This document shows, one piece after another, positions 1-11,203 of a DNA stretch of 64,000 nt. Location: positions 1,920,001 to 1,984,000 of the forward strand of contig OZ223236.1 in NCBI GenBank assembly GCA_965140445.1. The letters run 5' to 3'. This stretch comes from Candidatus Ozemobacteraceae bacterium. Lineage in GTDB: Bacteria > Muiribacteriota > Ozemobacteria > Ozemobacterales > Ozemobacteraceae. The notes under the pieces are model-generated. The model was not told the DNA's origin. It worked only from the letters and a program-made list of their open reading frames with translations, and ran no database searches. How positions within the stretch are numbered: position 1 is the stretch's first letter; each line of letters opens with the position of its first letter. The position numbers and the translations under genes are program-made.

Positions 1-1565
1 AGTATTGAGAAAGGCAGATACACGGCAAAAATCTGGTTAGGCCTGAAAGAGTCGTCTGGAGTTCCATCGGCTTTAATGTAATCATAAAGACAGGACTTGG
101 ATTCATTATAAAAAGTTTTCTTAAATGATTGCTTAACTTTCTTAGCTAATGCCGTGATTTCCCGTGAATGGCCGTCAAATTTTTCCTGCAAAATAGCAAA
201 AACTCTTAAAGCGCTATACCAGAGAGCATTAATCTCAACCGCTTTTCCATTGCGAGGTGTGACAACCCAATTATCTACCCTTGCGTCCATCCATGTTAGC
301 TGAACATCTTCGGTTCCAGCATTTATCAAACCATCTTCCGGGTCCATTTGAATTTGGTAACTGGTTCCAGCTTGAAAAGCTTCAATTATTGAGCTCATTG
401 GCTCATATAGATGTTCTTTCACGAATGAGTAGTCGTCGGTATATTCTATATATTTATAGGCGGCAAAAAAGAACCATAAAGCGGCGTCAACGCTATTGTA
501 AACTGCGCTGGTTCCTTTATCTGCAAAGCAATTTGGAACAAGGCCATTATTTATAGATTTTGCAAATGTTTTTAATATCGATTTTGTGTCTTCAATCCGA
601 TTGGTGACCAAAGTGAGCCCAGGAAGAGAAATCAGGCTATCTCTTCCCCAGTCAGAAAACCATGGATATCCTGCGATTATAGTTTTTCCGTTGGTACTGG
701 CCCTTTCAACTACAAATTGATCTGCAGCAACCAGCAGCTCTTTGAGGAAGGTGTCCTCGGAATTCATCGATCCTGCAATATTTGCGAGCCTTGTTTCCTC
801 TTTTTTTCTTAGGTCAATCGGATTAAAGGAGGCAATTGGCTGGTCGCTAAATGCTATAGACATGGAACCATTTAGAGGTGAAACCTCAATGTAGCCACAG
901 GAAAAATCATCTTCGGTGTCTTCTAGTCCGCGGTCTTCTTCGATTTGTAAAAAAATGTCAGAATTCCACTCAGGCGACTTAACAAAAGTCCCGCAATCCC
1001 ATCTTGAGTAGAGGGTTGGTGCGTTGCTAAATGGTTGAACTTTAAAAGTTTTGTCCTCAAACTCTACATTGTCGTCTATTCCAGGATTTTTAAACATGTT
1101 TCCATGAAAATCTCTAAAAAGAAAATGAGGGCGAACCTTTAACGAGACATTTCTTCCATTTGCCAGGATTTTATAGGTTACAAGAGTCGTGTTTTGTCCA
1201 TAAACCATATTCATGGTTTTTATTAAAAGAACATCTTTAACCTGATAATACCAGGTTGGAATTGGCTCGCGATCAAATCTTTCCAGGTGTAGATAACCAG
1301 CTGGATTTTTTAATTCATCTTTTTTTACCAGGGTAGATACATTTATTTCTTTTCCATCTATTACCAGAATTTCTTCAAGCCTGGAAACCATTACTATGCG
1401 CTCAACTGGTGGTCTTATCGATGCAACAAGAACTCCGTGGTATCTTCTTGTGTTTATGCAGGGGACTGTTGAAGAAGCAAACCCACCAATTCCATTTGTG
1501 ATAAGCCATTCTTGCCGGGTTGCTCTAGACAGATTGCCTTGAATTTCTCGTCCTATGGAACTCAT
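1..1565 (-). CDS. Amylo-alpha-1,6-glucosidase / glycogen debranching enzyme (3' end runs off the window)
   Basis: Absent from the ORF track because no stop codon lies in the window. ATG at 1565 with GGAGG RBS. My translation gives EWLITNGIGGFASST..TRRYHGVLVA, IIAGYPWFSDWGRDSLISLPGL and WMDARVDNWVVTPRNGKAVEINALWY, which are typical of this family. Confidence 0.9.
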   Translation of the reverse strand, partial: MSSIGREIQGNLSRATRQEWLITNGIGGFASSTVPCINTRRYHGVLVASIRPPVERIVMVSRLEEILVIDGKEINVSTLVKKDELKNPAGYLHLERFDREPIPTWYYQVKDVLLIKTMNMVYGQNTTLVTYKILANGRNVSLKVRPHFLFRDFHGNMFKNPGIDDNVEFEDKTFKVQPFSNAPTLYSRWDCGTFVKSPEWNSDIFLQIEEDRGLEDTEDDFSCGYIEVSPLNGSMSIAFSDQPIASFNPIDLRKKEETRLANIAGSMNSEDTFLKELLVAADQFVVERASTNGKTIIAGYPWFSDWGRDSLISLPGLTLVTNRIEDTKSILKTFAKSINNGLVPNCFADKGTSAVYNSVDAALWFFFAAYKYIEYTDDYSFVKEHLYEPMSSIIEAFQAGTSYQIQMDPEDGLINAGTEDVQLTWMDARVDNWVVTPRNGKAVEINALWYSALRVFAILQEKFDGHSREITALAKKVKQSFKKTFYNESKSCLYDYIKADGTPDDSFRPNQIFAVYLPFSI

Positions 1566-1713
1566 GAATATTCCTCCTGCAAATTGGTGTATTTTGTTGC
1601 TGTAAACCGAGTCTAACTTAAACAGCCTAAAAGAGTAAATATCTCTTTTATCCTTTGTTCGTAGGAAGACAAAATATATTGTATACTATCCAAAAATATC
1701 CGGGAGATTTTTA

Positions 1714-4425
1714 ATGTCTGATTGTCTGTTAATTGATGGAAACAATATCGTATTTCGAGCCTATTATGCCTTTTCCAGTCAAAGGTTAAAAACCAGCTAT
1801 GGACTTCCTACTGGCGCAGTATATGGTTTCCTTAGAATGATTTTGAAATTGCTGAAAGAAAGACAGCCTAAAATGGTTGCCGTTGCTTTTGATACATCCA
1901 GAGACACATTCAGAAAAAAAATGTATCCCGAATATAAAGCCAAGAGAAAGCCAACACCAGAAGATTTATTAGAGCAACTTCCACTTGCGCAAAAAGCAAT
2001 AGAAGCGCTTGGAATACAGGTTTTAAAAAATCCCGAATTTGAAGCTGACGATTTAATAGGATCTTTGGCAAAGCAGCTTGAGAATGATTATAAGGTGTCT
2101 GTTGTAACTGGAGATAGAGACCTGTTACAGCTGATTGACGACCGTATTAATGTTGAACTTTGTCAAAAAGGGACAAGTGATACAAAAGAAATTGATACCG
2201 CGGCTTTTGTTGAAGAATACGGTTTTGAGCCAATGGGTATTATTGAATTAAAAGCGCTAATGGGCGATTCTTCAGATAATATTCCTGGGGTTAAGGGGAT
2301 TGGTGAGAAAAAGGGAATGGCATTGATCCAGGAGTTCAATACCATTGACGACTTATATAAAAACATTGAGAAAGTTTCGAATGATAAAATGCGTGAAAAG
2401 CTAATTGCAGACAAGGAAATGGCTTTTCTCTCCCATGATTTGGCGACTATCAGATGTAATATTCCTGATTTGCCATCAATAGACTTGCTGAGGTGGGATG
2501 AAAATCAGCTGGAAAAGTCCGATTTTACAAGCTTTCTACAGAAGCTTGAATTCGGCTCTCTATATAAAGAATTTGCGGGAAAAGAACTTGGAAAACCGGG
2601 AGAATTATTTCCTTCTACTGAGCTTAAAAAGCTTCCCGGAGAAAGGCTTCTAATTAACGACGTAGCCGAGTTAAAGCGATTTTTTGAGGAATTAAATGAT
2701 GAAATTTGTGTTGATGTAGAAACCAACGGTTTAGATCCATTTAAGGATAGGATTATCGGAGTTTCTGTTGCCGGATCGACAAGCAAAGCCATTTATGTTC
2801 CTTTAAGGCATTCATATCTTGGGATGGAACCGGGCGATCAGATGGCAGCAGAAGAGTTTTTCCCGCTTTTAACAGAAGCTATGAAAGGGAGAAGACTGAT
2901 TGGCCATAATTTGAAATTTGATATTTCCTTTCTTGATCAAGAAGGAGTTTCAATTCCACCAAAAATGTTTGACACTATGCTTGCAGCGTATGTCATTGAT
3001 CCTACACGCTCAAACGCATTAAAGAAACTTGGAAAAGAAATGCTTGGCTTCGAAGTTACTGAATATGGAGACGTAGCGGGTAATGAAACATTTGAAAATG
3101 TTTCTTTGGCTGATGCTACTGAATATGGGTGCCAGGATACTCTTTTAACCATGCATCTATTTTCAGAATTAAAGTCAGAGCTTGAAAAGGAAAGATTGGC
3201 AAAGTTATTTGAAAACCTCGAAATGCCCCTGGTTGGAATTCTTGCTCAAATGGAAAAAACTGGTATACGCCTAAATGAAAGCTATATCAAAAACCTGTCC
3301 CGGGAAATTGCAGACAGATTAGTTGAATTGGAAAAGATCATTCATGACCATGCTGGGCATACCTTCAATATTAGCTCAACCAAGCAGCTTCAGCAGGTGC
3401 TATTTGAAGAGCTGGGTTTAACTCCACCAAAGAAAACTAAAACTGGCTACTCTACAGATAGCGAAGTTTTGACCAAACTCGCTTTTGTTCATCCAATCTG
3501 CGAGGCTTTACTTGAGTTTAGAGAGCTTGCAAAACTTCAATCAACCTATACAGAGTCCCTTTTAAAATTGGTTCACGGCAAAACTGGTTTAATTCATACT
3601 AGTTTTAATCAGGCTGTTACAGCTACCGGAAGGCTTTCAAGCTCTAATCCAAATATGCAGAATATTCCCATTAAAACAGAGTGGGGGAGAAAAATTCGTC
3701 GGGCTTTCCTGCCGCCAAGAGAGGGCGATTCACTTATTTCAATAGATTATTCTCAAATTGAATTGCGCCTGCTGGCACATTTTTCTGAGGATCCTGCCTT
3801 GTTAAAGGGATACCATGAAAACATTGATATTCACGCTATTACAGCCGGAAGACTTTTCGGTAAAGAACCCGAAGAAGTTACTTCTGACGAAAGAAGAGTT
3901 GGTAAAACCGTTAACTTTGGTATTATTTACGGAATCTCAGCTCATGGATTAGCTGAGGATCTAGGTATCAGTAGACCCCAGGCTCAAACCTACATAGATA
4001 GTTTTTATAATAATTTCACTGGAGTTACAAAATTCTTTGATTCAGTTGTTGAAGAGGCTAGAGAAGCTGGATACGTTGAAACATTGCTTGATAGAGTCAG
4101 AAAGCTTCCAGACATTAACTCCAAAAAGTTTCAGGCCAGAAGTGGTGCGGAAAGAGTTGCAAAAAATACCAGACTCCAGGGTTCTGCAGCAGATCTTGTG
4201 AAAAAATCAATGATTGATTCTGTGAAAATGCTTTGTGAAAAGGGGTTTCAAACTCAATTAATTCTTCAAATTCATGATGAATTAGTTTTCTCTGTTCCGC
4301 AAGAAGAGCTGGAAAAGGTTTGCGACTTGCTGAAAAATACTATGGAGCAGACAATTTCTTTAAAAGTTCCTCTAATCTGTGATGTTGCAGTAGGAGACAA
4401 TCTTGCAGATTTGAAAGACATTTAA
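1714..4425 (+). CDS. polA: DNA polymerase I
   Basis: 5'-3' exonuclease N-terminus (LIDGNNIVFRAYYA, EADD, GDRD), 3'-5' exonuclease motifs (DVET, HNLKFD, YGCQD), and polymerase motifs DYSQIELR, KTVNFGIIYG, QIHDEL. Confidence 0.98.
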   Translation: MSDCLLIDGNNIVFRAYYAFSSQRLKTSYGLPTGAVYGFLRMILKLLKERQPKMVAVAFDTSRDTFRKKMYPEYKAKRKPTPEDLLEQLPLAQKAIEALGIQVLKNPEFEADDLIGSLAKQLENDYKVSVVTGDRDLLQLIDDRINVELCQKGTSDTKEIDTAAFVEEYGFEPMGIIELKALMGDSSDNIPGVKGIGEKKGMALIQEFNTIDDLYKNIEKVSNDKMREKLIADKEMAFLSHDLATIRCNIPDLPSIDLLRWDENQLEKSDFTSFLQKLEFGSLYKEFAGKELGKPGELFPSTELKKLPGERLLINDVAELKRFFEELNDEICVDVETNGLDPFKDRIIGVSVAGSTSKAIYVPLRHSYLGMEPGDQMAAEEFFPLLTEAMKGRRLIGHNLKFDISFLDQEGVSIPPKMFDTMLAAYVIDPTRSNALKKLGKEMLGFEVTEYGDVAGNETFENVSLADATEYGCQDTLLTMHLFSELKSELEKERLAKLFENLEMPLVGILAQMEKTGIRLNESYIKNLSREIADRLVELEKIIHDHAGHTFNISSTKQLQQVLFEELGLTPPKKTKTGYSTDSEVLTKLAFVHPICEALLEFRELAKLQSTYTESLLKLVHGKTGLIHTSFNQAVTATGRLSSSNPNMQNIPIKTEWGRKIRRAFLPPREGDSLISIDYSQIELRLLAHFSEDPALLKGYHENIDIHAITAGRLFGKEPEEVTSDERRVGKTVNFGIIYGISAHGLAEDLGISRPQAQTYIDSFYNNFTGVTKFFDSVVEEAREAGYVETLLDRVRKLPDINSKKFQARSGAERVAKNTRLQGSAADLVKKSMIDSVKMLCEKGFQTQLILQIHDELVFSVPQEELEKVCDLLKNTMEQTISLKVPLICDVAVGDNLADLKDI

Positions 4426-4427
4426 TT

Positions 4428-5252
4428 ATGACAAAACCTCCACTCTTATTAATTCCCGGTATTTGCAATCGAAAAGCACTTTTTTACCTTCCTGAGGGTA
4501 ATGCGCTTGCCGATTATTTGAGTCAATATTTCGAGTTGTATCCAATTGAATTTCCGTTGCGCGAAAATATTGGAAAGCATTGGGATTTTGATTTTCATTT
4601 GAAAGAAGAGCTGCCCGGAATTTGGGAAGAAGTTTGCAAAAAAGCTGGGCAAACTCCATATGTGCTTGGTTACAGCATGGGTGGGATGGTGGCAATGACA
4701 GCTCAGGCTCTTGGCATAATAGACTCTCCTGGTCTGGTTGCGGTTGCTTCTCCTTTTAAATTCCTGAACATCCCACTCTATCCAACCCTCATTCGCTATT
4801 ATCTGAAATTTGCAGGTAGCATTGGTTTTAATGTAGTTCCTGTAAGTGTTGCTGGAAGAATTCTCAGCTCGCTTTTCAATCTGACCAAAGATCCCGCAAG
4901 ACAAAGGCAGATTGCAATCTTTCGACTTTATGTCACCAGGGCTTCAAGAACAGTGCCGGTTGAAACCTTTATGCAGGTTATGCAGTGGATCAGATACGGA
5001 GATCTGCGGGACCGAACCGGGCGAACTTGCTATGTTAATGAACTGAAAAAGATTGACTCACCCACTTTCTTTATATGCGGAAGGAAAGATCTTGTTGCAC
5101 TGCCGTCGGCGGTTAGGGCAGGGTATGATGCATCAGGAGCACAAAAAAAGCGCTTCATGATTATCGAAAATGGAAACCACATGAATCTTGCATATGGAAG
5201 TAAGGCAAAATTTATTTCAGGTGAAATTGCAAATTGGTTAATAGAAAAGTAA
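4428..5252 (+). CDS. Alpha/beta-fold hydrolase (PhaC/lipase-like)
   Basis: GYSMGG nucleophile elbow, KD acid and C-terminal NHM His. Starts 2 bp after polA. Confidence 0.8.
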   Translation: MTKPPLLLIPGICNRKALFYLPEGNALADYLSQYFELYPIEFPLRENIGKHWDFDFHLKEELPGIWEEVCKKAGQTPYVLGYSMGGMVAMTAQALGIIDSPGLVAVASPFKFLNIPLYPTLIRYYLKFAGSIGFNVVPVSVAGRILSSLFNLTKDPARQRQIAIFRLYVTRASRTVPVETFMQVMQWIRYGDLRDRTGRTCYVNELKKIDSPTFFICGRKDLVALPSAVRAGYDASGAQKKRFMIIENGNHMNLAYGSKAKFISGEIANWLIEK

Positions 5253-5258
5253 CGGGGA

Positions 5259-6188
5259 TTATCTGGTTTTAAAAAGGTTGTTAACTTCTTTTTTATCTGA
5301 TTCAATCTGTGAAACAAGAGAAGCCATATCGGGAAATTTTCTTTCGTCTCGAATTCTGTGAAAAAACCTGACTCTAATTGTTCGATGATAAAGATCACCG
5401 TTAAATCCTAATAAATGTGCTTCGAGGATAAGATCTTCTTTTTCAAAAGTCGGCCTGGTTCCTATATTTACTATTGCTGGAAAGCTGCCGTCTGGAGTGT
5501 CTGCATAGCAAGCATAAACACCATTTGGTGGAAGGATTTTCTGACTTTTTTCAAGCACAAGATTCGCGGTTGGAAATCCCATCTTTCTTCCACGGTGGTC
5601 TCCATGAACCACTTCTCCTGAAAAGCAGGATTCACGGCCAAGAAATCGGTTTGAAATATCAAAGTTCCCTTTTGTTACTGCTTGTCTAATAAATGAGCTG
5701 CTAACAACAACATTATCCAGTTTAACTGGGGGAAGAATGCTGCATTCCCGACCTGACGCTTCAAGTTCCGCTTTTAAAAACTCGGCATTTCCAGATTTGT
5801 TAACCCCAAACCCAAAATTAAAACCAACCAAAGTTATTTCCGCATTAAGCTTGTCGATAATAATATCTTTAATGAAATCATGATGGCCCATTTGCGAAAA
5901 TGTTTCATCAAAGGGTCTGAAAACAACATAATCCACGCCCGTTGACATGAGAATGCTGAATTTTTCTTCAGGTGTTGTTAAATAACCGGGAAACGTTTCT
6001 GCAAAAAGAAATTTTCGTGGAGAATGATCAAAAGTTAGGATTACTGAAGGAAGACCCTTGGCTTTAGCTACTTTCTTTAACTCTTCAATGAGTTTTTGGT
6101 GACCTATGTGAACTCCGTCAAATGTTCCTATTCCCAAGGCACATTTATCAAAGCAAAGGTCGCCTGAAAGTAGATTTAAAAGCTTCAT
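5259..6188 (-). CDS. ribF: Bifunctional riboflavin kinase / FAD synthetase
   Basis: GTFDGVHIGH, SSS.IR, GFPTANL, NIGTRPTF and EAHLL motifs; lies downstream of truB. Confidence 0.96.
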   Translation of the reverse strand: MKLLNLLSGDLCFDKCALGIGTFDGVHIGHQKLIEELKKVAKAKGLPSVILTFDHSPRKFLFAETFPGYLTTPEEKFSILMSTGVDYVVFRPFDETFSQMGHHDFIKDIIIDKLNAEITLVGFNFGFGVNKSGNAEFLKAELEASGRECSILPPVKLDNVVVSSSFIRQAVTKGNFDISNRFLGRESCFSGEVVHGDHRGRKMGFPTANLVLEKSQKILPPNGVYACYADTPDGSFPAIVNIGTRPTFEKEDLILEAHLLGFNGDLYHRTIRVRFFHRIRDERKFPDMASLVSQIESDKKEVNNLFKTR

Positions 6189-7130
6189 TCAGTTAAATAC
6201 CCTCACCGGAAACAGTTTTTGAGAAGTTTTACCGTCTTTTTCTACCTGTTTTGGAGCATAAAGCCCAAGAAGGTTGCCTGTAGAGGAAACTATCTGAACA
6301 ATTTCTGCAGCTTCGCCATCGTAAGAATGAGCTTCAATGCTGACAATATCCCTTTGGCTGATTGCGCTACCATTTTTAATTCTACTTTCAGTTTCTGCTG
6401 TAACTGTAGCTTTTGGCGCAGAAAGTATGTCTGTAAAATGAACAAAAGATGGAGTGTTCTCAAAAGGTATTTTTTGTTCGACTTTCCACATTGGAAAGGC
6501 ATCTGTGTAAGACCATTTTCCAACTCTTTCACGTAGAAGGTAAGAAAGATGTCCACCGCATCCCAGGTTTTTTCCAAGATCATGTGCTACCGATCGCACA
6601 TAAGTTCCCCGGGAACAATGGATGCGCATAAGCAATTGACGCTGGGCTTTAAGTTGGAAGTCTGAGACCATTCGGATTGAGGTAACATGTACCTTTCTAC
6701 TATTAAGCTTAACTTCTTCGCCAGCTCTTGCCATGGCATAAGCACGCTTGCCGGCCACTTTTATTGCGGAAAATGATGGGGGAGTCTGATCGTATTTTCC
6801 TACAAAATTTCTTAACTCTGTTAAAACTGATTCTGTAGTGAAATCAATAGGGCCTTCATGTTGATAATCAACTTCTCCGGTTGCGTCATAGGAGTCAGTT
6901 GACTGTCCCAAAGTTACTCTCATTAAATAAGTCTTATCAAGGTGTTCAGGTGGGATAAAGCTTAGCAGCTTTAGAGCTTTGCCCATGAAAACAAGCAAGA
7001 CTCCCTGGGCCATCGGGTCTAACGTTCCCGCATGTCCGCATTTTACCTTATATGTTCTTCGAACTTTATCAATAATGTCGTGTGACGAGCAGCCTTTCGG
7101 CTTATAAATTACAAGACAACCATCAGGCAT
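6189..7130 (-). CDS. truB: tRNA pseudouridine(55) synthase
   Basis: GHAGTLDP catalytic motif, QTPPSFSAIKV.G.RAY and CSRGTYVRS. Start taken at ATG 7130 (ORF track extends to 7142). Confidence 0.95.
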   Translation of the reverse strand: MPDGCLVIYKPKGCSSHDIIDKVRRTYKVKCGHAGTLDPMAQGVLLVFMGKALKLLSFIPPEHLDKTYLMRVTLGQSTDSYDATGEVDYQHEGPIDFTTESVLTELRNFVGKYDQTPPSFSAIKVAGKRAYAMARAGEEVKLNSRKVHVTSIRMVSDFQLKAQRQLLMRIHCSRGTYVRSVAHDLGKNLGCGGHLSYLLRERVGKWSYTDAFPMWKVEQKIPFENTPSFVHFTDILSAPKATVTAETESRIKNGSAISQRDIVSIEAHSYDGEAAEIVQIVSSTGNLLGLYAPKQVEKDGKTSQKLFPVRVFN

Positions 7131-8133
7131 TGCAGGCCTCATTTCCTGGAATCTTTGCTTTTACAACTTTTAAAACTTTTTCCATTGCTTCATGAAGAGG
7201 TCCGCTGACCTGTGCTCCAGCTGCGAGTCTATGCCCACCGCCACCAAAGACCTGGCTTATTTCGCGGACATCAACTATGCCAGTTGAACGGAAGCTGATT
7301 TTGATGTTTCCATCATCCATTTCTTTAAAAAGAAGTGCGGCTTCAATGCCTTTAATACTGCTAATATTTCTTATGCAACCATCCCCATCGACTTCCTGAG
7401 CTCCAATTCGGACAAAATCATCCAAAGCAAGCCAACTTGAAACCAGTTTATTGTCACAAAAAGCCTGGGTGCGAGACATGGCAATTCCATGCATTACTAC
7501 TCTGTGGTAGTTAGTGTTTTCATAGACAAGTTTGTAAATTTCATCAACCTTTAGATCATCTTGAATTATTTTTGCGATAATTTCATGACATCTTGGAGTT
7601 GAATTATTGTAACGGAAATTGCCGGTGTCGGTCATTATTCCAACATACAACGCCTGACGACACTCAAGACTAAGTGGAGCGCCCATTTTTTCTAAAACGT
7701 TATATAGAATTTCGCAGGTTGAAGATGCTTTCTCGTCAACAAGATTTATGGTGCCGAGCCCTGTTACTCCTAGATGGTGATCTAAATGAACGGTGGTTTT
7801 TGCATTTTCAAAAAATCTAACCCGGTCACCAAGGCGCTTTGCTTCAGTGGTTTCCATAAGGAAAGCAATGTCATACTTTTCTTTTGAAGGGAGCTCTGGT
7901 AAAACTTCGTCTGATCCTGGAAGCCAGGAAATTTGCTCTGGAAGAGGATCAAAGTTCAGACAAACGCACTCCTTACCAACAGTTTTGCAATAATGATAAA
8001 GAGCCAATTGACTTCCAAGAGCGTCTCCATCTGCATAAGGGTGGGCTATACAAAAAACAGTGTCAGCTTTTTCTAATTCACTGCATATCAATTCGACCTG
8101 TTGGTCGTATTCTTTACTTGGCCAAGTATGCAT
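7123..8133 (-). CDS. nrnA: DHH-DHHA1 phosphoesterase (NrnA-like oligoribonuclease/pAp phosphatase)
   Basis: H..ADGDALGS, LDHH, TDTG.F and GGGGH..AAG motifs; canonical position between rbfA and truB. Confidence 0.85.
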   Translation of the reverse strand: MHTWPSKEYDQQVELICSELEKADTVFCIAHPYADGDALGSQLALYHYCKTVGKECVCLNFDPLPEQISWLPGSDEVLPELPSKEKYDIAFLMETTEAKRLGDRVRFFENAKTTVHLDHHLGVTGLGTINLVDEKASSTCEILYNVLEKMGAPLSLECRQALYVGIMTDTGNFRYNNSTPRCHEIIAKIIQDDLKVDEIYKLVYENTNYHRVVMHGIAMSRTQAFCDNKLVSSWLALDDFVRIGAQEVDGDGCIRNISSIKGIEAALLFKEMDDGNIKISFRSTGIVDVREISQVFGGGGHRLAAGAQVSGPLHEAMEKVLKVVKAKIPGNEACNA

Positions 8134-8149
8134 AATAATTTCCTGAATT

Positions 8150-8503
8150 TTATTTGTTATCTAAATTGTTTAACTTATTCAACAAATCGAGCATCCTGTC
8201 GCCTTCTTTGATTGCTGGATCAAAATTAAAAGCTAATTCAGGGACTGTTCTTAATTGAATTACTTTTTTTAACTCTTTTCTCAGGAATGGTTTTGCCGAA
8301 TCCAAACCCTTTTGAACTTCTTCTGGAGTTTTTTCTTTTGAAATTGTGCTGAAATAAACACGAGCAAGATGAAGGTCTGGACTAATATCAACAGATACAA
8401 GATGTACTCCGACGACTCTTGGGTCAGAGACCTTTCTGGCAATGATCAGGGAAAGCTCCTTCAGAATTGTTGAAGCTACTTTTTGTTGTCTTCTTGTAGT
8501 CAT
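8150..8503 (-). CDS. rbfA: Ribosome-binding factor A
   Basis: SDPRV...V.ISPDL..A.VY...LR.VPEL.F.FD. ATG at 8503 overlaps the upstream stop (ATGA). Confidence 0.95.
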   Translation of the reverse strand: MTTRRQQKVASTILKELSLIIARKVSDPRVVGVHLVSVDISPDLHLARVYFSTISKEKTPEEVQKGLDSAKPFLRKELKKVIQLRTVPELAFNFDPAIKEGDRMLDLLNKLNNLDNK

Positions 8504-8787
8504 AAATAATCCCAATAATAATCTAAAGCCTGAACTTGATCATGCTCCAGAAGAATTTCTTCAATTTTAAGAGCCATTTTTTGCAACAGAACTTTGTCAT
8601 TCGACACCATTGCTACTCCAATGGTGCCGCGTTGCCAAAGGTCATTCTGTCCAACTTCTGAGATCGAGGCATTAAATTTAGCTTTGACTCTATCTATTAC
8701 ACATTTGACTATCTGCCTTTTCTCCTTGAGGCTATGAACCTCAGGGAAGTGCATTTCGAATGTGCCAATAGCTACAACCATGCCCAT
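8500..8787 (-). CDS. DUF503 (YlxP-like) protein
   Basis: SLKEKR...KFN.SISEV...D.WQ motif; typical location between infB and rbfA. Confidence 0.9.
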   Translation of the reverse strand: MGMVVAIGTFEMHFPEVHSLKEKRQIVKCVIDRVKAKFNASISEVGQNDLWQRGTIGVAMVSNDKVLLQKMALKIEEILLEHDQVQALDYYWDYL

Positions 8788-8792
8788 CGATC

Positions 8793-11168
8793 TTAGAGAG
8801 CTCTTTCAATTTCCTTCATATGGAAAAGTTCAAGAATGTCGCCTTCTTTGATGTCGTTATAGTTTTCAATACCGATTCCGCATTCGTAACCAGCGTGAAC
8901 TTCTTTAACGTCATCTTTAAATCTCTTAAGAGATGAAAGCTTGCCTTCATAAATTTCAACACTATCTCTTATCAGTCTGACTGATGAATTGCGTGTTACT
9001 GTTCCGTTTAAAACGTAAGAACCACAGATGGTTCCTGCACCAGTGATTTTGTACACTTTACGGATTTCAACGCGACCAAGAATTTCTTCCTCAAATTCTG
9101 GTTCATACATACCGCGAAGGGCATTTTTAACCGCATCAATAGCATCGTAAATGATTTTGAAAACTTTGATTTCAACATCTTCTTTTTTGGCAACTTCATC
9201 AACATCAGTCATAGGTCTAACATGGAAGCCAATGATAATTGCATTACTTGCTGCTGCAAGATTTACGTCAGCTGCTGTAATTCCGCCTACGCCGGTGTGA
9301 ATTACATTAACTTTTACTTCATCATTGCTAAGTCTTTCCAAAGCATCTTTCATGGCTCCAGCGGAACCTTGAACGTCAGCCTTGATGATGATGTTAAGTT
9401 CTTTTACCTGGCCTTCGCTCATTTGCTTGAACAAATCAACCAGTTTCATGCGGTTATCTCTTGAAAGTCTTTCTTCACGAGATTTTTTCTGACGGAGTTC
9501 GCCAACATATCTTGCAAACTTAGCGCTTTCAACCACTGTAAGCTTGTCGCCTACCGCAGGCACGTCGTTTAAACCAAGAATTGCTGCTGGAAATGAAGGT
9601 CCGGCTTCTTTGATTCTTTTACCCGAATCATCAATTAATGCTTTTACTCTACCAAAGGTAGATCCACAAATAATGTGATCGCCGACGCGAATTCTACCAT
9701 TTTGAATAAGACCGGTTCCGATAGCTCCCATGCCTTTATCCATTCTTGCTTCAATTATGATGCCCTTTGCTGATCTGGTCGGGTTAGCTTTTAGCTCAAG
9801 CATTTCTGCTTGTAAAAGGACCATTTCTAATAGATCTGAAACGCCCTGACCTGTTTTGGCAGAAACAGAAACCATAGTGGTGTCTCCGCCCCATTCGTCA
9901 GAAACAAGTTTTACTTTCATCAGTTCTTGTTTGGCTTTTTCAACATTAGCTTCAGGTTTATCAACCTTATTAATTGCAACAACAATTGGAACGCCTGCTG
10001 CTTGAGCATGATGAACCGCTTCAATTGTTTGTGGTTGAACACCGTCATCAGCAGCTACAACAAGAATAGCTATGTCGGTAACAAGAGCTCCCTGGGCACG
10101 CATGGCGGTGAACGCTTCATGGCCAGGAGTGTCAATAAATGTGATTACTCCAGAAGGCAACTTAACCTGGTAAGCACCAATATGCTGTGTGATTCCACCG
10201 ACTTCTTTGTCAGCAACATGAGCTTTTCTGATGAAATCTAACAATGATGTTTTACCATGGTCAACATGGCCCATTATTGTTACTACTGGAGGCCTTGGTT
10301 TAAGGTCTTCTTCTTTATCTGGAGTATCTTCAAAAACAATAACATCATCTGCCAGAATAATTTCTTTGCCGAATTCCTGTCCAATTAGTTGAACATGCTC
10401 AGGCTCGAGACGCTGATTTAAGCTCGCAATAACGCCGAGCCCAAACAGGGTCTTAATTATACTGGTAGAAGAAATATCAAGGTATTTAGCCAGTTGGCTT
10501 ACGGTTACGTCTTGTGGCACTGTTATTTTTATTACCTCTGGAGTGGCTTCTTCATCATTCCCCCGTCGGAATTTCTCTTTTTTCGCTTCTGCCTTATTCT
10601 CTTGTTCTCTAAGCTCAGCCTGAACTTTCTTTGAAAATTGTGAGCGCTTAGTTTTGGCTTTTTGGCTTTTTTTCTTAGTAGTATCTACTGTTACTTCTTT
10701 TTTAGGAATTGTTTTAATAATGGTGATCTGTTTATTAACTTCAATTTCCTCAAGAACTTCATTTACTTTGTCAGTTCTTGGAGGTTTTGGGCCAGTTCTT
10801 TTTTTATCATGCGCTTTTTTTGCTTCAATAGCTTTAGCTGTGTTTTCGGCCTTTTGAGGTTTCGAATCGCTGGAGTTTTTTTCAACAGATGGGGTTTGCG
10901 GTACTGGTTTGGTTTCTTTTTTTACGGGCTGTGGTGTAGCTGTTTTTTCAGCTTTCTTATTATTTTCTGGAGGGGCTTTTTGTACAGTCTTTTCCTGCTG
11001 TTTTTTTCCAGCCTGGCTAAAATGCTTTTCTAAATCAGCAAGCATTTCTTCTGAAACAGCTGAGAACTGATGTGCTTTTACTTCATAACCCAACTTTCCT
11101 AAAAGCTGAGCCATTTCCTTGTTCGATAAATTATACTTTTTACTTGTTTCGTGTAGTCTTATACCCAT
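8793..11168 (-). CDS. infB: Translation initiation factor IF-2
   Basis: [32 protein letters not shown] and the conserved C-terminus. Confidence 0.99.
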   Translation of the reverse strand: MGIRLHETSKKYNLSNKEMAQLLGKLGYEVKAHQFSAVSEEMLADLEKHFSQAGKKQQEKTVQKAPPENNKKAEKTATPQPVKKETKPVPQTPSVEKNSSDSKPQKAENTAKAIEAKKAHDKKRTGPKPPRTDKVNEVLEEIEVNKQITIIKTIPKKEVTVDTTKKKSQKAKTKRSQFSKKVQAELREQENKAEAKKEKFRRGNDEEATPEVIKITVPQDVTVSQLAKYLDISSTSIIKTLFGLGVIASLNQRLEPEHVQLIGQEFGKEIILADDVIVFEDTPDKEEDLKPRPPVVTIMGHVDHGKTSLLDFIRKAHVADKEVGGITQHIGAYQVKLPSGVITFIDTPGHEAFTAMRAQGALVTDIAILVVAADDGVQPQTIEAVHHAQAAGVPIVVAINKVDKPEANVEKAKQELMKVKLVSDEWGGDTTMVSVSAKTGQGVSDLLEMVLLQAEMLELKANPTRSAKGIIIEARMDKGMGAIGTGLIQNGRIRVGDHIICGSTFGRVKALIDDSGKRIKEAGPSFPAAILGLNDVPAVGDKLTVVESAKFARYVGELRQKKSREERLSRDNRMKLVDLFKQMSEGQVKELNIIIKADVQGSAGAMKDALERLSNDEVKVNVIHTGVGGITAADVNLAAASNAIIIGFHVRPMTDVDEVAKKEDVEIKVFKIIYDAIDAVKNALRGMYEPEFEEEILGRVEIRKVYKITGAGTICGSYVLNGTVTRNSSVRLIRDSVEIYEGKLSSLKRFKDDVKEVHAGYECGIGIENYNDIKEGDILELFHMKEIERAL

Positions 11169-11203
11169 CCATTACCTCCAGGCTACCATTACCGTGATTG
11201 TTT